Positions 61,216 through 64,000 of a stretch of DNA of 64,000 bases are shown in pieces. A model generated the notes under the pieces. That model was not told where the DNA came from, did not search any database, and saw nothing but the letters and a program-made list of their open reading frames with translations. Position 1 is the stretch's first letter. Each line of letters starts with the position of its first letter. Both the position numbers and the translations under genes were made by a program. Location: positions 14,508,001 through 14,572,000 of the forward strand of contig OZ360257.1 of NCBI GenBank assembly GCA_977017645.1, read 5' to 3'. Source of the stretch: Torpedo marmorata. Taxonomy: Eukaryota.

Positions 61216-61230
61216 GCGCGTGTGTGTGTG
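61175..61230 (+). repeat. (TG)n microsatellite
   Basis: Directly visible. Confidence 0.95.
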
Positions 61231-61524
61231 GGAGGGGGGGTGTGGTTTGCGGCTTGGGTTCAGATTCAGATTTCAGATTTATTGTCACAGTACATACATG
61301 TAATCACATGCAACCCTGAGAGTCTTTGTTTCCTGCGGGTGCGGCAGAATTACCACTAATTTATAGTGAACTATACACAGCATATACATGTAAACAAATA
61401 AAGAACTGTAAACAGATAACGAATGTAAAAAAACTGACTGTGCAATACGGAGAGAATAAAAAAGAAAAGAAAATCAATAAAGTGCACAAGCAAGAGTCCT
61501 TAAATGAGTCCCTGATTGAGTTTG

Positions 61525-64000
61525 CGACTTCCGGGTTGGCTACTGCATGGAGTAATAGCAGTAGTTAGGTGCTGCTGCTTTTTATTTTGAAACTTTTCCC
61601 ATTTATGCACCCTTAATTTCAACCAAAGTGTTTCATTTTGCCACTTTAATAATTAAAATTGCTGTGGACTTCGATATGGCTGCTACAAGAAGTAAAGTAA
61701 CCAAAAATGGCAAAGAAGGCAAAAAGGACGAAGATACAGCCATTTTAACTGCAGAATTCATTTCTGACCTGCTGAACAAACATACGCGGGAATTAACAGC
61801 AGCGTTTAAAGATACTCGACGAGAAATTACATCTGCACTGCAAAAGGTTCAACAGTCGATTTCAGCAATTGATGTCCCTTTGGGAGGTGTGGAGGCTAGT
61901 TTGGAGTCAGTTAACGAACGTGTTGATAATCTAGAGACTCTGTACTCTGAAGTGTCTGCCAACACCTCCAAGTTAGCTTCGAAAGTGGTTGATTTGAGGG
62001 TAGGAGCAGGTGTAAAAATATACGGATCTTGGGTTTAAAAGAAGACACTGAAACCGGCCAGCTGACTGAATTCTTTTCCGACTAACTTTTGGAGATTTTC
62101 GGAAAGGAGCTCTTTTGTACTAAGCCCGAGCTTGACAGAGCACATCGGTCCCTAGCTCCCAAAGCCAGCTTCTGGACAAAGACCGCGGTCGGTAATCCTC
62201 CGGTTCCAACATTATCAAGTTAAGGATCGTATAATTCGTGAGGCTCGTCAGAGGAGAAATCTGAGTTATCTGGGGCAACAAATTAGACTTGTTGATGATC
62301 TCTGTCCTGAAGTTATGAATATGCGGAAAGATTACAAAGAAGTTATGGCTCAGCTGTACAAGTAAGGTTTCAAGCCTGCTTTATTATATCCAGCTCGTCT
62401 GCGGATTACCAACGAGGACAGTCGTAAGGAATTTCTGCAATCGGTGGCAGAGGCACGAAGATTTTTGAATGATACTTTTTAAACTTCAAGTCTAACAACA
62501 ATATGAACTATTGTTGTTGCCTGAAGTTTATCTGTGGTTGAGAATCTTTTTGTTTTATTTTGAGCGGGTGGTTTGGCTGGGTTTTTTTTCTTTAATTCAG
62601 GGGGGTAATGTTTTTTATACATGGTTTCATTAATATTATTTAATTAACTAATGTTGACAGTATTTATCCACTTTGCTTACCCATTTATTAATAGCGTTAT
62701 AATCCAATCATTTAGTCTATTATTTGACCGTGGGAAATAGGGTTGCGTGCTTACTTTATTATTACAACTGGGAAAATAGGGTTAACATTAAATCAATGTA
62801 TACGTGTATAATTTTGTTGTTTTCTTCTCTTTTTCTAATTGAGGAGTAATGTCTTTTGCAACTGGTTTAATTAATATTACTTAATTGATTGGTGTTGACT
62901 GTATTTATCCATTTTCTTTACTCATTCATTAATAGTGCTATAATCTAGTGCAGAGGTTAATTTGACCATGGGAAATAGGGTCCCGCGTGGGAAAGTAGGG
63001 TGAGCATTAAATAAATGTACACGCGTATGGTTTATTTTATGTGTGGGTAATTTTATATCAATCATATATAGATGCTAGGTACCTGTTTCTTTTTGGAGTT
63101 TGAGTTTGAAAAATAGGAAGTGGATCTTTATATATTTTTTGTAGTTTTTTTAACTATTAATGCTATGATTTAACTTTGATTGCTTGTTATTTAGCTTTGA
63201 TGAATTTAATGCGTTGGCGTATTTCTATTCCTGCTGATAATGGGAAGGGAGAGGTGAACCTATTACGAATGTGCATATATTGTTTATTTTTCCTTTAGAC
63301 TTTTTTCACTTTGGTTGTATTCTTTTATATCTTTTATCTTTTTTTGGGGGAAAAATTATTAATAATTATACTTTTAAAATAAGGAGTTATGCTTAATATC
63401 TTCAGCCGTAGTGTAAGTGTTAAAATGCTTATATTTGAGTTTGTTGTTTTTTTTAGCAACCTTCAGTCCCGGGGAGTTTGGGAGGGAGGGAGGGAGGTGC
63501 GTGGGCACATATTTTTACAAGGTTATTTTGGCTTTAAGTTCAGTACAAGCCGTGCTTTGGCACGGATTCAAGGTAACGGCTTGGGGAGTGAAGACACACT
63601 GTGCCTGGTGATTTTCATAATACTAATGAAAACCCATGGGTTATCTTTCCAGACTTATCTCTTGGAATTTGAAGGGTTTGAACTCTCCAATTAAACGCAG
63701 AAGGGTGTTTTCGAATGTCAAGCAACTTAAAGCTGAAATTGCTTTTCTTCAAGTAACTCATATCAGAAATTGTGGTAATGCCAGACTGATGTCAAAGTGG
63801 AAAGGGCAACAATTCCATTCTTCTTCGGATGTTAAAGTTAGGGTAGTCTCTATTTTAATTCATGAGAATATTCCTTTTATTCAACATAATATTATTTTAG
63901 ATAAATATGGTCGTTGTATTATTCTTACATGTAAACTATATAATAAAATGGTAGTTTTTTGCTTATGTATATGCCCGTAACGTTGATGATCCGGAATTTT
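61525..64000 (+). mobile_element. L1-clade LINE, 5' part (ORF1, long spacer, start of ORF2 endonuclease), degenerate
   Basis: Starts GACTTCCGG. ORF1 at ~61677-62482 with a coiled coil then (frameshifted) GRSRCKNIRILGL, ELDRAHR and LLYPARLRI. ORF2 from 63636: ISWNLKGLNSPIKR...FLQVTH (APE domain). Confidence 0.9.

Larger units (their letters stand above)
1..61524 (+). repeat. Tandem segmental array of a GPCR-containing unit
   Basis: The marker ttatttcttatc.gaaatacttggtctga (or close variants) recurs at 1, ~10664, ~28843 and ~57566. Approximate units: 1-10663, 10664-16785, 16786-28842, 28843-36564, 36565-43500, 50140-57565, 57566-61524. Confidence 0.92.

Noticed and set aside
1-64000. CRISPR array, operons or other prokaryotic systems; assigning the symbol GPR139
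   Set aside because: The sequence is intron-containing vertebrate DNA with no short repeat-spacer array. The receptors are divergent multi-copy relatives, and orthology to GPR139 cannot be shown without a phylogeny.

Overview
Eukaryotic (vertebrate) genomic DNA. The repeat repertoire and the gene family point to a cartilaginous fish (shark or ray); this is inference. The window is a head-to-tail tandem array of a roughly 10-12 kb unit, seen as about 7 complete or partial copies. Each unit carries a dead 'type B' GPR139/GPR142-like class A GPCR gene and a 'type A' GPR139-like gene. Type A genes have two exons: a 52-nt exon 1, a phase-1 GT-AG intron, and a ~900-nt exon 2. Four type A genes have intact reading frames (4530-8395, 21973-25912, 33378-34966, 52337-55098) and one is a pseudogene (38319-42246); all type B copies are pseudogenes. 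Amino-acid differences among the type A paralogs cluster in the predicted ligand-facing parts (ECL1/upper TM3, upper TM5, TM6-ECL3), as in a chemoreceptor repertoire. Deletions, several with microhomology at the junction, have remodelled the array, one unit looks mosaic, and many retroelements have inserted. These include a truncated Gypsy LTR element, Penelope-like elements with hammerhead ribozyme motifs (one with ~1 kb inverted arms), CR1, Rex/Babar and L1 LINEs, and V-SINEs. There are two assembly gaps. No prokaryotic systems, rRNA or CRISPR arrays were found.
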